Shown piece by piece: positions 1-8,937 of a stretch of 56,025 nt of DNA. The translations under genes and the position numbers were made by a program. Within the stretch, counting starts at the first letter, position 1. Each line of letters starts with the position of its first letter. Source of the stretch: Fibrobacteria bacterium. GTDB lineage: Bacteria > Fibrobacterota > Fibrobacteria > UBA11236. The notes beneath the pieces are model-generated. The model saw only the letters and a list, made by a program, of their open reading frames with translations. It was not told the origin of the DNA and made no database searches. Where the stretch lies: contig JBDSIO010000409.1 in NCBI GenBank assembly GCA_039917895.1, positions 1 through 56,025 on the forward strand. Reading direction: 5' to 3'.

Positions 1-2
1 TG

Positions 3-641
3 CATACCAACGCCTATGACGAGGCGGTCACCACGCCCACGGAGGCTTCGGTGCGCCGGGCCATGGCCATCCAATTGATCATCAACCGCGAGCTGGGCCT
101 GGTGAAGAACCAGAATCCCATGCAAGGCAGCCATTTCCTGGGGGAACTCACGAACATGGTCGAGGCCGCCGTCCTCCGCATCTTAGGAGAACTGGACGCG
201 CGCGGCGGCGTGCTGGGCGCAATGGAGGCCGGCTATCAGCGCAGCCGCGTCCAGGAAGAGTCCATGGTGTATGAACGCCGCAAGGCGAGCGGCGAAATGC
301 CCATCATCGGCGTGAATACCTTCCTGAAACCCGCATCAGGAGAAGTCGCTGAGGCTGCCGGCGCGGCGGAAATAATCCGGAGCACGGAAGAAGAGAAACG
401 GGACCAGGTGGAGCAGGTGCGCGCCTATGGCAAGCGCTTCGCGAAGGAAGCGGTACCGGTTTTGGAGCGGCTTAAGGCGGCGGCCCGGCATGGCGATGCC
501 GCGAAGGGTGGAACGGGCGGAACGGGCGGAAGGGGCGGAAACCTGTTCGCGGAATTGCTGGAGGTTTCCAAGTATTGCACGTTGGGGGCCATCTCCAAAG
601 CCTTGTTCGAAGTGGGCGGCGCCTATCGCCGCAACACCTGA
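3..641 (+). CDS. B12-dependent acyl-CoA mutase family (methylmalonyl-/isobutyryl-CoA mutase large subunit), C-terminal part; 5' end lies outside the window
   Basis: The frame is open from base 3 (HTNAYDEAVTTPTEASVRRAMAIQLII...). It ends ...LGAISKALFEVGGAYRRNT*, the conserved terminus of mutase substrate-barrel subunits. It contains a Gly-rich insert GGTGGTGGRGG. Confidence 0.8.
   Translation, partial: HTNAYDEAVTTPTEASVRRAMAIQLIINRELGLVKNQNPMQGSHFLGELTNMVEAAVLRILGELDARGGVLGAMEAGYQRSRVQEESMVYERRKASGEMPIIGVNTFLKPASGEVAEAAGAAEIIRSTEEEKRDQVEQVRAYGKRFAKEAVPVLERLKAAARHGDAAKGGTGGTGGRGGNLFAELLEVSKYCTLGAISKALFEVGGAYRRNT
510..536. repeat. 9-bp tandem repeat x3 (ggaacgggc ggaacgggc ggaaggggc) inside the mutase CDS
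   Basis: Read directly from the sequence. It encodes the GTGGTGGRG insert and keeps the reading frame. Confidence 0.7.
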
Positions 642-673
642 TAACCGGCCTGCGTTGTAAGTAGGCCGGTTAG

Positions 674-1216
674 TTATTCCGCATCGGGCGAAAGGGTGAC
701 TTTGAACTCGTCGCGGCGGTTCTGGGCCCAATCGGTTTCCTCATGGCCGATGGCATTGGGCTTCTCCTCGCCATAGCTGATGGTCTTCAAACGCGACGGG
801 TTGATGCCGTAGTTCGTCAAATAAGCTTTGACCGTGTTGGCGCGCTTCTCACCGAGGGCGAGATTATACTCGTCAGTGCCGCGTTCATCCGCATGCCCGT
901 CGATTTGAACGGTGACCCCCGGCGCTTGCTTCATCAACTCCGCGGCTTTGGCCAGCAAATCCTTGGCCGTTTCGGGAAGCGTCGCCTGATCATACGGGAA
1001 ATACACGGGCTTGAACGCTTCGGCGAGCAAATCCTGGATCCGCACCTTGGTTTCCTGCGGCGTCGGGGCCATCGTTACGGCCTTCGGCTCCTGAAAAACG
1101 GGCGCCTTCGGCTCGGCGCGGGCTTCCTGCTTGGGCTTCTTGGAGCAGGCCGAGAGCGAGAGCGAAAGCGCGAACGCTCCCAATATGGAAACGGATAGGA
1201 ATGACGTATACTTCAT
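674..1216 (-). CDS. pal: Peptidoglycan-associated lipoprotein, OmpA-family C-terminal domain
   Basis: Lipobox LSLSAC follows the signal peptide. OmpA_C motifs are present (VQIDGHADERGTDEYNLALGEKRANTVKAYL...YGEEKP). A GGAGG RBS lies upstream of the ATG. Confidence 0.85.
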   Translation of the reverse strand: MKYTSFLSVSILGAFALSLSLSACSKKPKQEARAEPKAPVFQEPKAVTMAPTPQETKVRIQDLLAEAFKPVYFPYDQATLPETAKDLLAKAAELMKQAPGVTVQIDGHADERGTDEYNLALGEKRANTVKAYLTNYGINPSRLKTISYGEEKPNAIGHEETDWAQNRRDEFKVTLSPDAE

Positions 1217-1407
1217 GGAAAATCCTCCGAAAGGAACATGGGCGTTACCGGGATAAAAATAATTATCCGCATCGTCCTTGAGTTAGTCCAAAGTCGCCTC
1301 ATTTTCCCAAGATCCTTTTTGCTATTTTGGGTCCTGTCCGCCGGATCCCACAGCCGAGATACCTGCCAATGCCTCTGCCCCCGCAATCCCCACCCGCCCG
1401 GGCCATC

Positions 1408-2934
1408 ATGGTGCTGGGGACCTCCTCCCATGCGGGTAAAACCACGGTGGCCGCCGCCATCTGCCGATCGCTGTTCCGCAAGGGATACCGGGTCGCGCCT
1501 TTCAAGGCACAGAACATGTCCCTGAATTCCTGGGTCACCCCGGAAGGCGCGGAAATCGGGCGGGCCCAGGCCTTGCAAGCGCGCGCTGCCGGCATCGAGC
1601 CCCATGCCGACATGAACCCCATCCTGCTCAAGCCCGCCGGCGGCCAGGTCATGCAGGTGGTGGCACTGGGCAAACCGATTGGCGTTGTTTCCGGCCGGGA
1701 ATACTATCGCCGCAAGGCGGAAATGCGATCTCTGGTCCATGCCGCCTATGATCGGCTGGCGAGCCGGTTCGAAGTGGTGGTACTGGAAGGCGCGGGCAGT
1801 CCGGCGGAAATCAATTTGCGTGCGGAGGATCTGGTCAACCTGTCCATGGCCGAGCATGCCGGAGCGCGGTGCTTTCTGGTGGCCGATATCGAGCGGGGCG
1901 GCGTTTTCGCCTCCATCCTGGGAACTTTGTCGCTGATCGAACCGCGGCACCGTTCTCTGATCGCCGGGGTTCTCATCAACAAATTCCGCGGCGACGAATC
2001 CCTGCTGGATTCCGGAATACGGGAAATCCAATCCCTGACCGGCGTGCCGGTCTTGGGTGTGTTGCCCTATCTGGAAGGATTGGTCCTGGAGGAAGAGGAT
2101 TCCCAGGGATTGCGCGATTCGGAGGTCCAAGGAGAGGCGCGGATAGATATCGTTGTGATCCGTTTCCCCTTTCTCAGCAATTTCACGGATTTCCAACCTT
2201 TTATAGGAAAAAAAGGCGTGCGGCTCCGCTATGTGGACCAGGCCGAATCCGTGGGGAATCCGGATTTCATCATCTTACCCGGAAGCAAGAATGTGCGCCT
2301 GGATGCCGATTTCCTGCGAAGCAAGGGTTTGGACAGGGTGTTGTCCGCAGCGGCGGAAAGAGGGATTCCCCTGTTCGGGATCTGCGGCGGATTCCAAATC
2401 CTGGGAAAACGCATCCGCGATCCTTTCGGGATCGAAGGCGAGCCCGGGGAAACCGAGGGGTTGGGATTGTTGGCGATTGAGACGGTTTTGGAAAAGGAAA
2501 AAGAGGTAAGCCGCGTGGATGCGGAGAACGTGGGCCTGCCTTTCCTGGATTCGGACGCCGTCTGTACCGGCTACGAGATCCATATGGGACGCACCGAATC
2601 CCTGGAAGAGGCCGCTCATGCTTCGGATGCGAACACCCGGCAGTCCTTGCAGCCTGTGCTCCGCCTACTCCGCAAGAACGGAGCGGTTTGCGAGGGATTT
2701 TCCGGTTTCAAATCGCTTTCCCAGCCGGTAAGCGGATGCTATCTGCACGGTTTATTCGATCGGCCCGAAGTCCTGCAAGCCTTATTCCGCTGGCTTTCCA
2801 GCCGCAAAGGCCTGGATTGGACCGATTCGCATCCCTCGCCGGCGGATGCCGGCAATCGGGCCGAACCCGATGAGTTGGAACGTATAGCCGACTGGCTGGA
2901 GTCTCGTTTCGATCCTGCCACGCATTTGCGATAA
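1408..2934 (+). CDS. cobQ: Cobyric acid synthase
   Basis: MVLGTSSHAGKTTVAAAICR (P-loop-like CobQ N-terminus)...KAQNMSLNS... The C-terminal GATase domain shows GICGGFQILG and CYLHGLF. The ORF track starts at 1327, but the conserved N-terminus begins at ATG 1408. Confidence 0.85.
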   Translation: MVLGTSSHAGKTTVAAAICRSLFRKGYRVAPFKAQNMSLNSWVTPEGAEIGRAQALQARAAGIEPHADMNPILLKPAGGQVMQVVALGKPIGVVSGREYYRRKAEMRSLVHAAYDRLASRFEVVVLEGAGSPAEINLRAEDLVNLSMAEHAGARCFLVADIERGGVFASILGTLSLIEPRHRSLIAGVLINKFRGDESLLDSGIREIQSLTGVPVLGVLPYLEGLVLEEEDSQGLRDSEVQGEARIDIVVIRFPFLSNFTDFQPFIGKKGVRLRYVDQAESVGNPDFIILPGSKNVRLDADFLRSKGLDRVLSAAAERGIPLFGICGGFQILGKRIRDPFGIEGEPGETEGLGLLAIETVLEKEKEVSRVDAENVGLPFLDSDAVCTGYEIHMGRTESLEEAAHASDANTRQSLQPVLRLLRKNGAVCEGFSGFKSLSQPVSGCYLHGLFDRPEVLQALFRWLSSRKGLDWTDSHPSPADAGNRAEPDELERIADWLESRFDPATHLR

Positions 2935-3087
2935 CCGACGCTAAGAACGCAAATCCCATGCTTTTAGGACCCAAAAGGACCCAAAAAAATTCCCCCCTAA
3001 GGAGGAAAAGTTTAATTAGGGGGTAGGGACGACCCTGCTTGGTGGGTCCGGACCACGCCCGTGGTTTTCCCGTGAAAAGGGGTGACG

Positions 3088-3945
3088 ATGAACCGCTTCT
3101 CTGGGGCCGAACCCGTCAATACCGATGCGACTTCTCTCGCGGCTTACTTGAGGGAGATAGGCCGGAACCGGATTCTCTCGAGGGAAGAGGAGCGTAGCCT
3201 TATCGATCGCATCGCCCAAGGCGACAAGCTCGCGTACCATGAGTTGATCACTGCCAACCTCAAGTTCGTCGTTTCCGTGTGCCGCCATTTCCAGAACCAG
3301 GGTTTGCCGTTGATCGATCTGATCAGCGAAGGTAACCTCGGGCTCATCAGGGCAGCCCAATGTTTCGATGGCACGCATGCCTGCCGCTTCATCAGCTATG
3401 CGGTGTGGTGGATCCGCCAGCGCATCCTGCGCGCGCTCGCCGAGCAATCACGGTTCCTGACCATCCCAGTCGCCAAAGCAGCGGCCATGCGCAGGATTGC
3501 CGTGGCCGAAAAGATCCTGGCACAGAGGAACTCCCATCCCGCTTCGCCGGATGAGGTGGCTTCCTATCTGTGCCTGCGTGAGAAGGAAGTCCAGGATCTG
3601 CTTTTGATTGGGCAATTCTCCCTGCCCCTGAATGAACCTGGCGAAAGCGAAGAAGACGGAGCAAACGGCGACGGACTGGGCGAGGCAAACGGCATGGCTA
3701 CGGATGCCGCGGCGGTGATGGACAGCATGAAACAGGGCGTATGGGAGGCCTTGGAAGGCCTGCGCGAAGTCGAGCGGGAAGTGCTCCGCTTGCATTTCGG
3801 GTTGGGCGCCGCGAACCCCATGAGCTTGGAGGAGATTGGCAACGCATTGGGAATGTCGCGGGCGAAGATCAGGAAGATCCGCGACGAGGCCATGAACCGT
3901 TTGCGGCATCCTGTGCGCAGAATCCGTATTGGGGAATTAATCTGA
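3088..3945 (+). CDS. Sigma-70 family RNA polymerase sigma factor (regions 1.2-4 present; group 2/3-like)
   Basis: YLREIGRNRILSREEERSLIDRI (region 1.2), LITANLKFVVSVCRHF / DLISEGNLGLIRA (region 2), FISYAVWWIRQRI, and SLEEIGNALGMSRAKIRKIRDEAMNRLR (region 4.2). ATG 3088 follows AAGGGG; GTG 3082 is an alternative start. Confidence 0.8.
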   Translation: MNRFSGAEPVNTDATSLAAYLREIGRNRILSREEERSLIDRIAQGDKLAYHELITANLKFVVSVCRHFQNQGLPLIDLISEGNLGLIRAAQCFDGTHACRFISYAVWWIRQRILRALAEQSRFLTIPVAKAAAMRRIAVAEKILAQRNSHPASPDEVASYLCLREKEVQDLLLIGQFSLPLNEPGESEEDGANGDGLGEANGMATDAAAVMDSMKQGVWEALEGLREVEREVLRLHFGLGAANPMSLEEIGNALGMSRAKIRKIRDEAMNRLRHPVRRIRIGELI

Positions 3946-4014
3946 GAGGGGCATCCCGCTCCAGGGATGCTTAGCGAATCCACGCATGAGGCAGTCAGGA
4001 ACCAGGGGACAATT

Positions 4015-4407
4015 ATGGACTCGAAAAAAACCATTTTGATCGTGGACGACAATGACGAAATCGTCGAACTCGTCAAATGCATGCTTTCGCTGCAAGGCTA
4101 TGAAACCATTGATGGATGCAGCGGGGAAGACGCGCTTTACCTCAATGAGCGGTACCCTTTTTCGATCCATCTTCTCATCACCGACATTCGCATGAGCCCG
4201 AACATGAACGGCTGCGATCTCGCCCACGCGATGCGCATCGTCCGGCCCGGGATCAAGGTGGTTTACATGTCGGCCTTCACCGAAGACAAACGCGTGGAGG
4301 AGGAAGTATGCGCCGGCCAGGCCCATTTCCTCCGCAAGCCCTTTTTCAAGAAGGATCTCCTCAAGGCCGTGGAGGCGGTGATGGAAGAGGCCGCGGCGCC
4401 CCATTGA
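4015..4407 (+). CDS. Single-domain response regulator (receiver only)
   Basis: ILIVDDNDEI, LLITDIRMSPNMNG and FLRKPF are the receiver Asp pocket, phospho-Asp and Lys motifs. ATG 4015 follows an AGGGGA RBS. Confidence 0.8.
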   Translation: MDSKKTILIVDDNDEIVELVKCMLSLQGYETIDGCSGEDALYLNERYPFSIHLLITDIRMSPNMNGCDLAHAMRIVRPGIKVVYMSAFTEDKRVEEEVCAGQAHFLRKPFFKKDLLKAVEAVMEEAAAPH

Positions 4408-4628
4408 CTCCCGCAACGCCTCAGCGTCGTTTCCCGCCCTCCGGATTTGGTTTCAATAGCCGGAGGATGGATTTCCCGTTGAGGTTTTTTCGACTTTAGC
4501 CCCTATTCCCAAGGCCAAGGCCCGCCCCGCATTGTCGCAGGCCAGAAAGGATATTATCTTCGGAAGAGCCCTTTCCCGGAGCTTTTCTGAACGACACGCA
4601 AGATTCCGCCGGCCTCTCAGCGTCCCTG

Positions 4629-4787
4629 ATGGAACTGCATCACTCCGTCACCAAATTGATCAAGGTGATCCAGGAAAACGCAGCCGACATGGATCGCGGA
4701 GGCCAAGTGCTTGACAAGCTTCCGATGCTGGATTTCTACAATGACGAGTTGCTGCGCAACATCAACGCCATGCGGACGGGCAGCTAA
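4629..4787 (+). CDS. Possible 52-aa protein, below the ORF-track length cut-off
   Basis: ATG..TAA frame: MELHHSVTKLIKVIQENAADMDRGGQVLDKLPMLDFYNDELLRNINAMRTGS. Third codon positions are G/C-rich like neighbouring genes. I see no clear RBS and recognise no family. Confidence 0.25.
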   Translation: MELHHSVTKLIKVIQENAADMDRGGQVLDKLPMLDFYNDELLRNINAMRTGS

Positions 4788-4826
4788 AAACCGGCGTTCG
4801 GCCCGGTCGCCGGGTCTTCCGCCTCG

Positions 4827-6134
4827 CTACAACCCGGTATTCACCAAGGTCGGCAGGGTCATCCGGACCTTCTGCATCTTCTGCCCGTCCATCTCCAGGA
4901 TCTCGAAGGTGAAATCCTTGAAGCGGATCAGGTCGCCTTTCTCCGGCACTTTTCCATGCACGAAGAGGATGAACCCGCCTAAGGTGTCGATCTGTATGTC
5001 AGGATCCTCCGGCTTCAGCGAGAGGGAAAGCTCCGCATTCAGATCGGACAATGAGACTATCGGATCCACCAGGTAAATGCAGTCATCGATCTTGCGGATC
5101 TTCAGGGTCTCGGTCTCATCCTCATCATGGATCTCGCCCACGATCTCCTCGAGAATGTCCTCCAGGGTGATGAGCCCGGCGGTGCCGCCATATTCGTCCA
5201 CCACGATGGCCATGTGGATGTGCTTGCGCCGGAACTCGCGCATCAGCTCGCCGATCTTCTTGGTGCGCGGCACGAAGTAGGCTTCGCGCACCAAGGTCTG
5301 CAGACGGAAACCCGGCCCGCGGATCTCGTCCCGCATGTTGATCAAATCCATGGTATGCAGGATGCCCTGGATGCTGTCGATGGAATCCTTGTACACGGGA
5401 ATACGCGAGCATTTCTCATCCGCGATCAGATCCCGCACCTCGCGGAAGGAGGCCCCGATTTCCAGGGCGGCGATGTCCACCCGCGGAGTCATGACTTCCT
5501 TCACCTGGGTTTCCCGCAGGTCGAAGATGCTGCGGATCATCTCCTTCTCATCGTCGCGCAGGCCGCTGCGATCGGGATTCTCGTCGTCCACCGGCGGCGC
5601 CAGCTTTTGCAGGTTGGTCTCGCCCAGGAAGCTCAGCTTTGGATCAATGCCCAGCTTGCGCAGGGCCAGGTCATGGGTCTGGAACAGGAGTTCGCCCAAT
5701 TTTCCCATGAAAAAGAAGCTATACAGCTTATAGGCGCGCAGCGCCCATTTGCCCAGCGAGGGGGAAAAAGCCTGGGCCAGGACTGGGAACAGCCAATGCG
5801 CGATGGCGAACGCGAATAGGATGCTGACGAATCCCAGGGTGATCAAACTGGCTTGCGGAAACAGAAAGGCCAAATAATGGGCGCCGGCCAAAAGCGCGCA
5901 GCCGTCGAGCAGGAACCGGCCCACGCTCAAGGATTCAAAAAAACCTGGTTTTTCCCACAGGGCGATCGACCTTTCCACGATGGCCTTGGTCAGCGTCGAC
6001 TCCCCGTTCAGGGAATGCACCGAGTTCTGCCCGCGGAAGAATCCGGTTACGGTCTTAATTCCGCTCAGAACACCGCTGGCCGCTGCCGCGAGGAAGAAAA
6101 ACAGAAGGCATTTAAGGGGGGAGGTGGGGTCCAC
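4827..6134 (-). CDS. HlyC/CorC-family membrane protein (TM region + CBS pair + CorC_HlyC domain)
   Basis: The N-terminus is hydrophobic. The CBS region includes VMTPRVDIAALE...RIPVY...IQGILHTMDL. The C-terminal region includes HMAIVVDEYGGTAGLITLEDILEEIVGEI. It lies downstream of ybeY, as in the common ybeY-corC arrangement. Confidence 0.8.
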   Translation of the reverse strand: MDPTSPLKCLLFFFLAAAASGVLSGIKTVTGFFRGQNSVHSLNGESTLTKAIVERSIALWEKPGFFESLSVGRFLLDGCALLAGAHYLAFLFPQASLITLGFVSILFAFAIAHWLFPVLAQAFSPSLGKWALRAYKLYSFFFMGKLGELLFQTHDLALRKLGIDPKLSFLGETNLQKLAPPVDDENPDRSGLRDDEKEMIRSIFDLRETQVKEVMTPRVDIAALEIGASFREVRDLIADEKCSRIPVYKDSIDSIQGILHTMDLINMRDEIRGPGFRLQTLVREAYFVPRTKKIGELMREFRRKHIHMAIVVDEYGGTAGLITLEDILEEIVGEIHDEDETETLKIRKIDDCIYLVDPIVSLSDLNAELSLSLKPEDPDIQIDTLGGFILFVHGKVPEKGDLIRFKDFTFEILEMDGQKMQKVRMTLPTLVNTGL

Positions 6135-6189
6135 TGTGTGCTGATTTTTGGTGAATCGAGGCGATCACACGGGTTCAATATAGATCATT

Positions 6190-6633
6190 TCAGGGTTTGA
6201 GATAGAAGTCTTCCCGGATCCGCATGGCTTTCCGGTCCCTGGCGTTCATATGGTCCATTCCGGCCAAATGCAAAGCTCCATGGACGACCAACCGCCGCAA
6301 TTCATCGAAAAAGGAGTTTTTCCAACGGGGCGCCTGTTTCTGCGCTTTCAGGGTCGCAATGTAAATCTCGCCGAAAACGTCGCCCTCTTCATTTTCCTCT
6401 TCGTAGATGAAGGATAGCACGTCCGTGGCTTTATCCAGGTTCCGAAACCGGCGGTTCAAATCCCGCATGTACGCATTGTCGCAAAAGACCAGATTCACCG
6501 AACCGGGCGTTTTCGGCAACTCGGCGCGCAACACCTTTTCGGCCAGACGGACCAGTTCGCGGAGATGGGGCGGGGGAAGGGGGCCGATATCGGCCCCGGC
6601 GACTTTAAGGCCGCCTTTAGGCGAACGCGCCAA
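6190..6633 (-). CDS. ybeY: rRNA maturation endoribonuclease YbeY
   Basis: Zinc motif VVHGALHLAGMDH. The size (147 aa) and the position upstream of the corC-like gene both fit. Confidence 0.85.
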   Translation of the reverse strand: MARSPKGGLKVAGADIGPLPPPHLRELVRLAEKVLRAELPKTPGSVNLVFCDNAYMRDLNRRFRNLDKATDVLSFIYEEENEEGDVFGEIYIATLKAQKQAPRWKNSFFDELRRLVVHGALHLAGMDHMNARDRKAMRIREDFYLKP

Positions 6634-6638
6634 CCGGC

Positions 6639-6962
6639 CTAGTCCTCGCCGCCGGCGTCACCGTCGTCGCCGGCTGCATCGGCGGTCCACTTGTTCAGCA
6701 CTTCCAGCACCTTCTTGGCCTGGGCCACGGAAGAGATGTTGAACTTGCTTTTCTGCTTGTACTCGCCGTTCTGCTTCTGGTAACGGCGGATGGAAATCTT
6801 GGTCGCCTTGAAGCTGTTGGTGGCCTTGTCCAGCTCCTGGTATTTGAACATGATCGTGGTCCAGCCGCCCTTGGTCAGGACTTCCTTTTCCAGTTCCTTG
6901 ACGAGCTGTACGCCCTCTTCCTCGTAATTGATGGTGATCTCTTCGACAGTGCTGGCGGCCAT
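6639..6962 (-). CDS. Hypothetical 107-aa protein with an acidic tail, possibly PC4/YdbC-like
   Basis: The ORF sits 5 nt upstream of ybeY on the same strand. The core TKISIRRYQKQNGEYKQKSKFNISSVAQAKKVLEVLNKW is followed by DAAGDDGDAGGED. The family assignment is a guess. Confidence 0.55.
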   Translation of the reverse strand: MAASTVEEITINYEEEGVQLVKELEKEVLTKGGWTTIMFKYQELDKATNSFKATKISIRRYQKQNGEYKQKSKFNISSVAQAKKVLEVLNKWTADAAGDDGDAGGED

Positions 6963-7131
6963 AAATCCTTTCGCTTAGCCCGATTCCGGGGAGGTTAAGT
7001 ATAGGTAGGAACCGGGGGGGATGCAAAGACTGCGAGGGATTGGGAAGGAGTTGAGTGGGAGGGAGAGGGGCTTTTTGCGGCATTTCGTCGGGTCCTTGGT
7101 CCCTACGCCATCCCTTCGTACCTTTGCATTT

Positions 7132-8253
7132 ATGTCTCCGAATTCCGTTTCCGCCGAATCCGTCGACCCCGTCCTGCTCCAAATCGAAGCCAAACTGGCA
7201 CGGGGCGAACGCCTAACCGGCGAGGACGGATTGTTCCTGTACCAATGCGCGCCGCTTCCCTGGCTGCAAGTCCGGGCCGACGCCGCCCGCCGGTCCCGCC
7301 ATGGGGAAGAGGCCTACTTCAACCGCAACATCCACTTCGAACCCACCAACAAATGCGTCTACGCGTGCAAGTTCTGCGCGTTCTACCGCCCCCCCAAGGC
7401 CACCGAAGCCGAGGGCGCGTGGGATTATTCCTTCGAGGACCTGAATCGCAAGCTCGATGCCTATCCCGTCGGCAGCCTCACGGAAATCCACGTTACCGGC
7501 GGGGTGCATCCCGATCGCGGTGTCGAGTACGGCGAGGCGCTTTGCGCGTTCATCAAATCCATCCGTCCCGAGTTGCACGTCAAGGCCTTCACCGCCGTTG
7601 AGATCACCTACTTCGCCAAGAAAAGCGGCATTCCGCTTTCCGTAGCGCTGGAACGCCTGAAGCGCGCGGGTTTGGATTCCCTGCCGGGCGGAGGCGCGGA
7701 GATTTTCGATCCCGAGGTCCGCAAAAAGATTGCCGGAGGCAAGGCCCCGGCCCATACCTGGCTGGAAGTGCACGAAGCCGCGCATCGCCTCGGCTTGCTG
7801 TCCAATGCCACCATGCTTTACGGCCATGTGGAGGAATACCGCCACCGCATCGATCACATGCTGCGCCTGCGCGACCTTCAGGATCGCACAGGAGGATTCA
7901 AGGCTTTCATCCCCCTGCGCTACCGCAACGAGGCCAATGCCTTGAGCCATATCCCCGAAGTGCCGCCGGAAGAGGACCTGCGCAACTATGCCGTGGCCCG
8001 GCTGTTCCTGGACAACATCCCGCATCTCAAAGCCTACTGGGTCATGCTGGGGCTGGAGATGGCCGCGCAGGCGTTGGATTATGGCGTGGACGATCTCGAC
8101 GGAACCGTGGACGATTCCACCCGCATCTATTCCATGGCTGGGGGCATGGAGCACCCCGCGGTGACCTCCACGGAGCTCGGACGCATCATCCGCGCCAAAG
8201 GACGGGCGCCGGTGGAGCGCGATTCGGAGTACGAGAAGCTGCGCGCGGTGTGA
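7132..8253 (+). CDS. mqnE: Futalosine-pathway radical SAM enzyme (MqnE/MqnC, CofH-like family; MqnE-like by motif)
   Basis: CxxxCxxC cluster NKCVYACKFCAF; TEIHVTGGVHP; KAFTAVEI; SLPGGGAEIFDPEVRKKI; NATMLYGHVE; DLQDRTGGFKAFIPLRY; LKAYWVMLG; DDLDGTV; PVERDSEY. The MqnE versus MqnC call is from memory of family motifs. Confidence 0.75.
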   Translation: MSPNSVSAESVDPVLLQIEAKLARGERLTGEDGLFLYQCAPLPWLQVRADAARRSRHGEEAYFNRNIHFEPTNKCVYACKFCAFYRPPKATEAEGAWDYSFEDLNRKLDAYPVGSLTEIHVTGGVHPDRGVEYGEALCAFIKSIRPELHVKAFTAVEITYFAKKSGIPLSVALERLKRAGLDSLPGGGAEIFDPEVRKKIAGGKAPAHTWLEVHEAAHRLGLLSNATMLYGHVEEYRHRIDHMLRLRDLQDRTGGFKAFIPLRYRNEANALSHIPEVPPEEDLRNYAVARLFLDNIPHLKAYWVMLGLEMAAQALDYGVDDLDGTVDDSTRIYSMAGGMEHPAVTSTELGRIIRAKGRAPVERDSEYEKLRAV

Positions 8254-8315
8254 TTTAAATAGACTGCGGCCCGGCATTCGATTCGCCTGCGGCTGGGTTG
8301 TGGGCGACCCGATTT

Positions 8316-8846
8316 TCAGGGGCGTCCGGCGCGCAAGGTTTTCCCCGTCAGGTATTTGATTTCCTGCTTCAAATCTTTCGTTTCATAGGCACCATCGGCG
8401 GCGATGGCATAGCGCTTCTCCTCCTCATTCCAGGTCAGGAAGACGATGAAGGTGTCGCGCTTTTCGACCTGCTCGGTCCTCGGTTCGTAAAAATCCAGAA
8501 TGGGGGATTTACTGTCGCCTTCCAAGGCGTGCTTGCGATCCACCAAAAGCAGGCTCGCATCGTGGGCTCCCAGCGCTTCGATTTCCGACCCCGGAGCGGG
8601 TTTCGTTTCAGGCTCGTCCTTGATGATCTCGATGATTTTATAACGGTACCACGGGCTTTGATGGGGAGGGTATTTCCCGGATTCATCCAACGGGATGTCC
8701 TCCACGCGGGAATACGGCGTGGCCTTCTGGACGACGAATATGCAATCGGACTTGTCGACCAAGGCCTGCAAGGTGATTTGCTTGGGGTGGACTTGACCCA
8801 CAAAAGCTTCACTGATCAATAGGAGCATGGCCAGGGTTGTTTTCAT
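8316..8846 (-). CDS. Hypothetical secreted protein
   Basis: MKTTLAMLLLISEAFVGQ is a signal peptide starting at ATG 8846. The longer track ORF (to 9062) would overlap the next gene. Confidence 0.55.
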   Translation of the reverse strand: MKTTLAMLLLISEAFVGQVHPKQITLQALVDKSDCIFVVQKATPYSRVEDIPLDESGKYPPHQSPWYRYKIIEIIKDEPETKPAPGSEIEALGAHDASLLLVDRKHALEGDSKSPILDFYEPRTEQVEKRDTFIVFLTWNEEEKRYAIAADGAYETKDLKQEIKYLTGKTLRAGRP

Positions 8847-8937
8847 CGACATAATATCAAAACCTTGCATCACCGGAACCTCCCTTTTCAACCTGGGCAT
8901 GTAGATTTCCGCGCCCTGTGGGTGAAATCCGCCCGGG

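Noticed and set aside
1327-1407. N-terminal extensions offered by the ORF track: cobQ 1327, mqn 7021, 8316..9062, sulfatase 9753, kinase 17654, ATP-grasp to 26517, cheB-like 31627, surface protein to 37013, 42266..43009, 44424..45380 and PQQ-like 51465
   Set aside because: - In each case the extension is Arg/Pro-rich or overlaps the neighbouring gene.
- In each case a downstream start yields the conserved N-terminus or a proper signal peptide or lipobox, usually with an RBS.
7213-8277. 354-aa ORF antisense to the radical-SAM (mqn) gene
   Set aside because: The plus-strand frame carries the CxxxCxxC cluster and family motifs along its full length. The antisense product is of low complexity.
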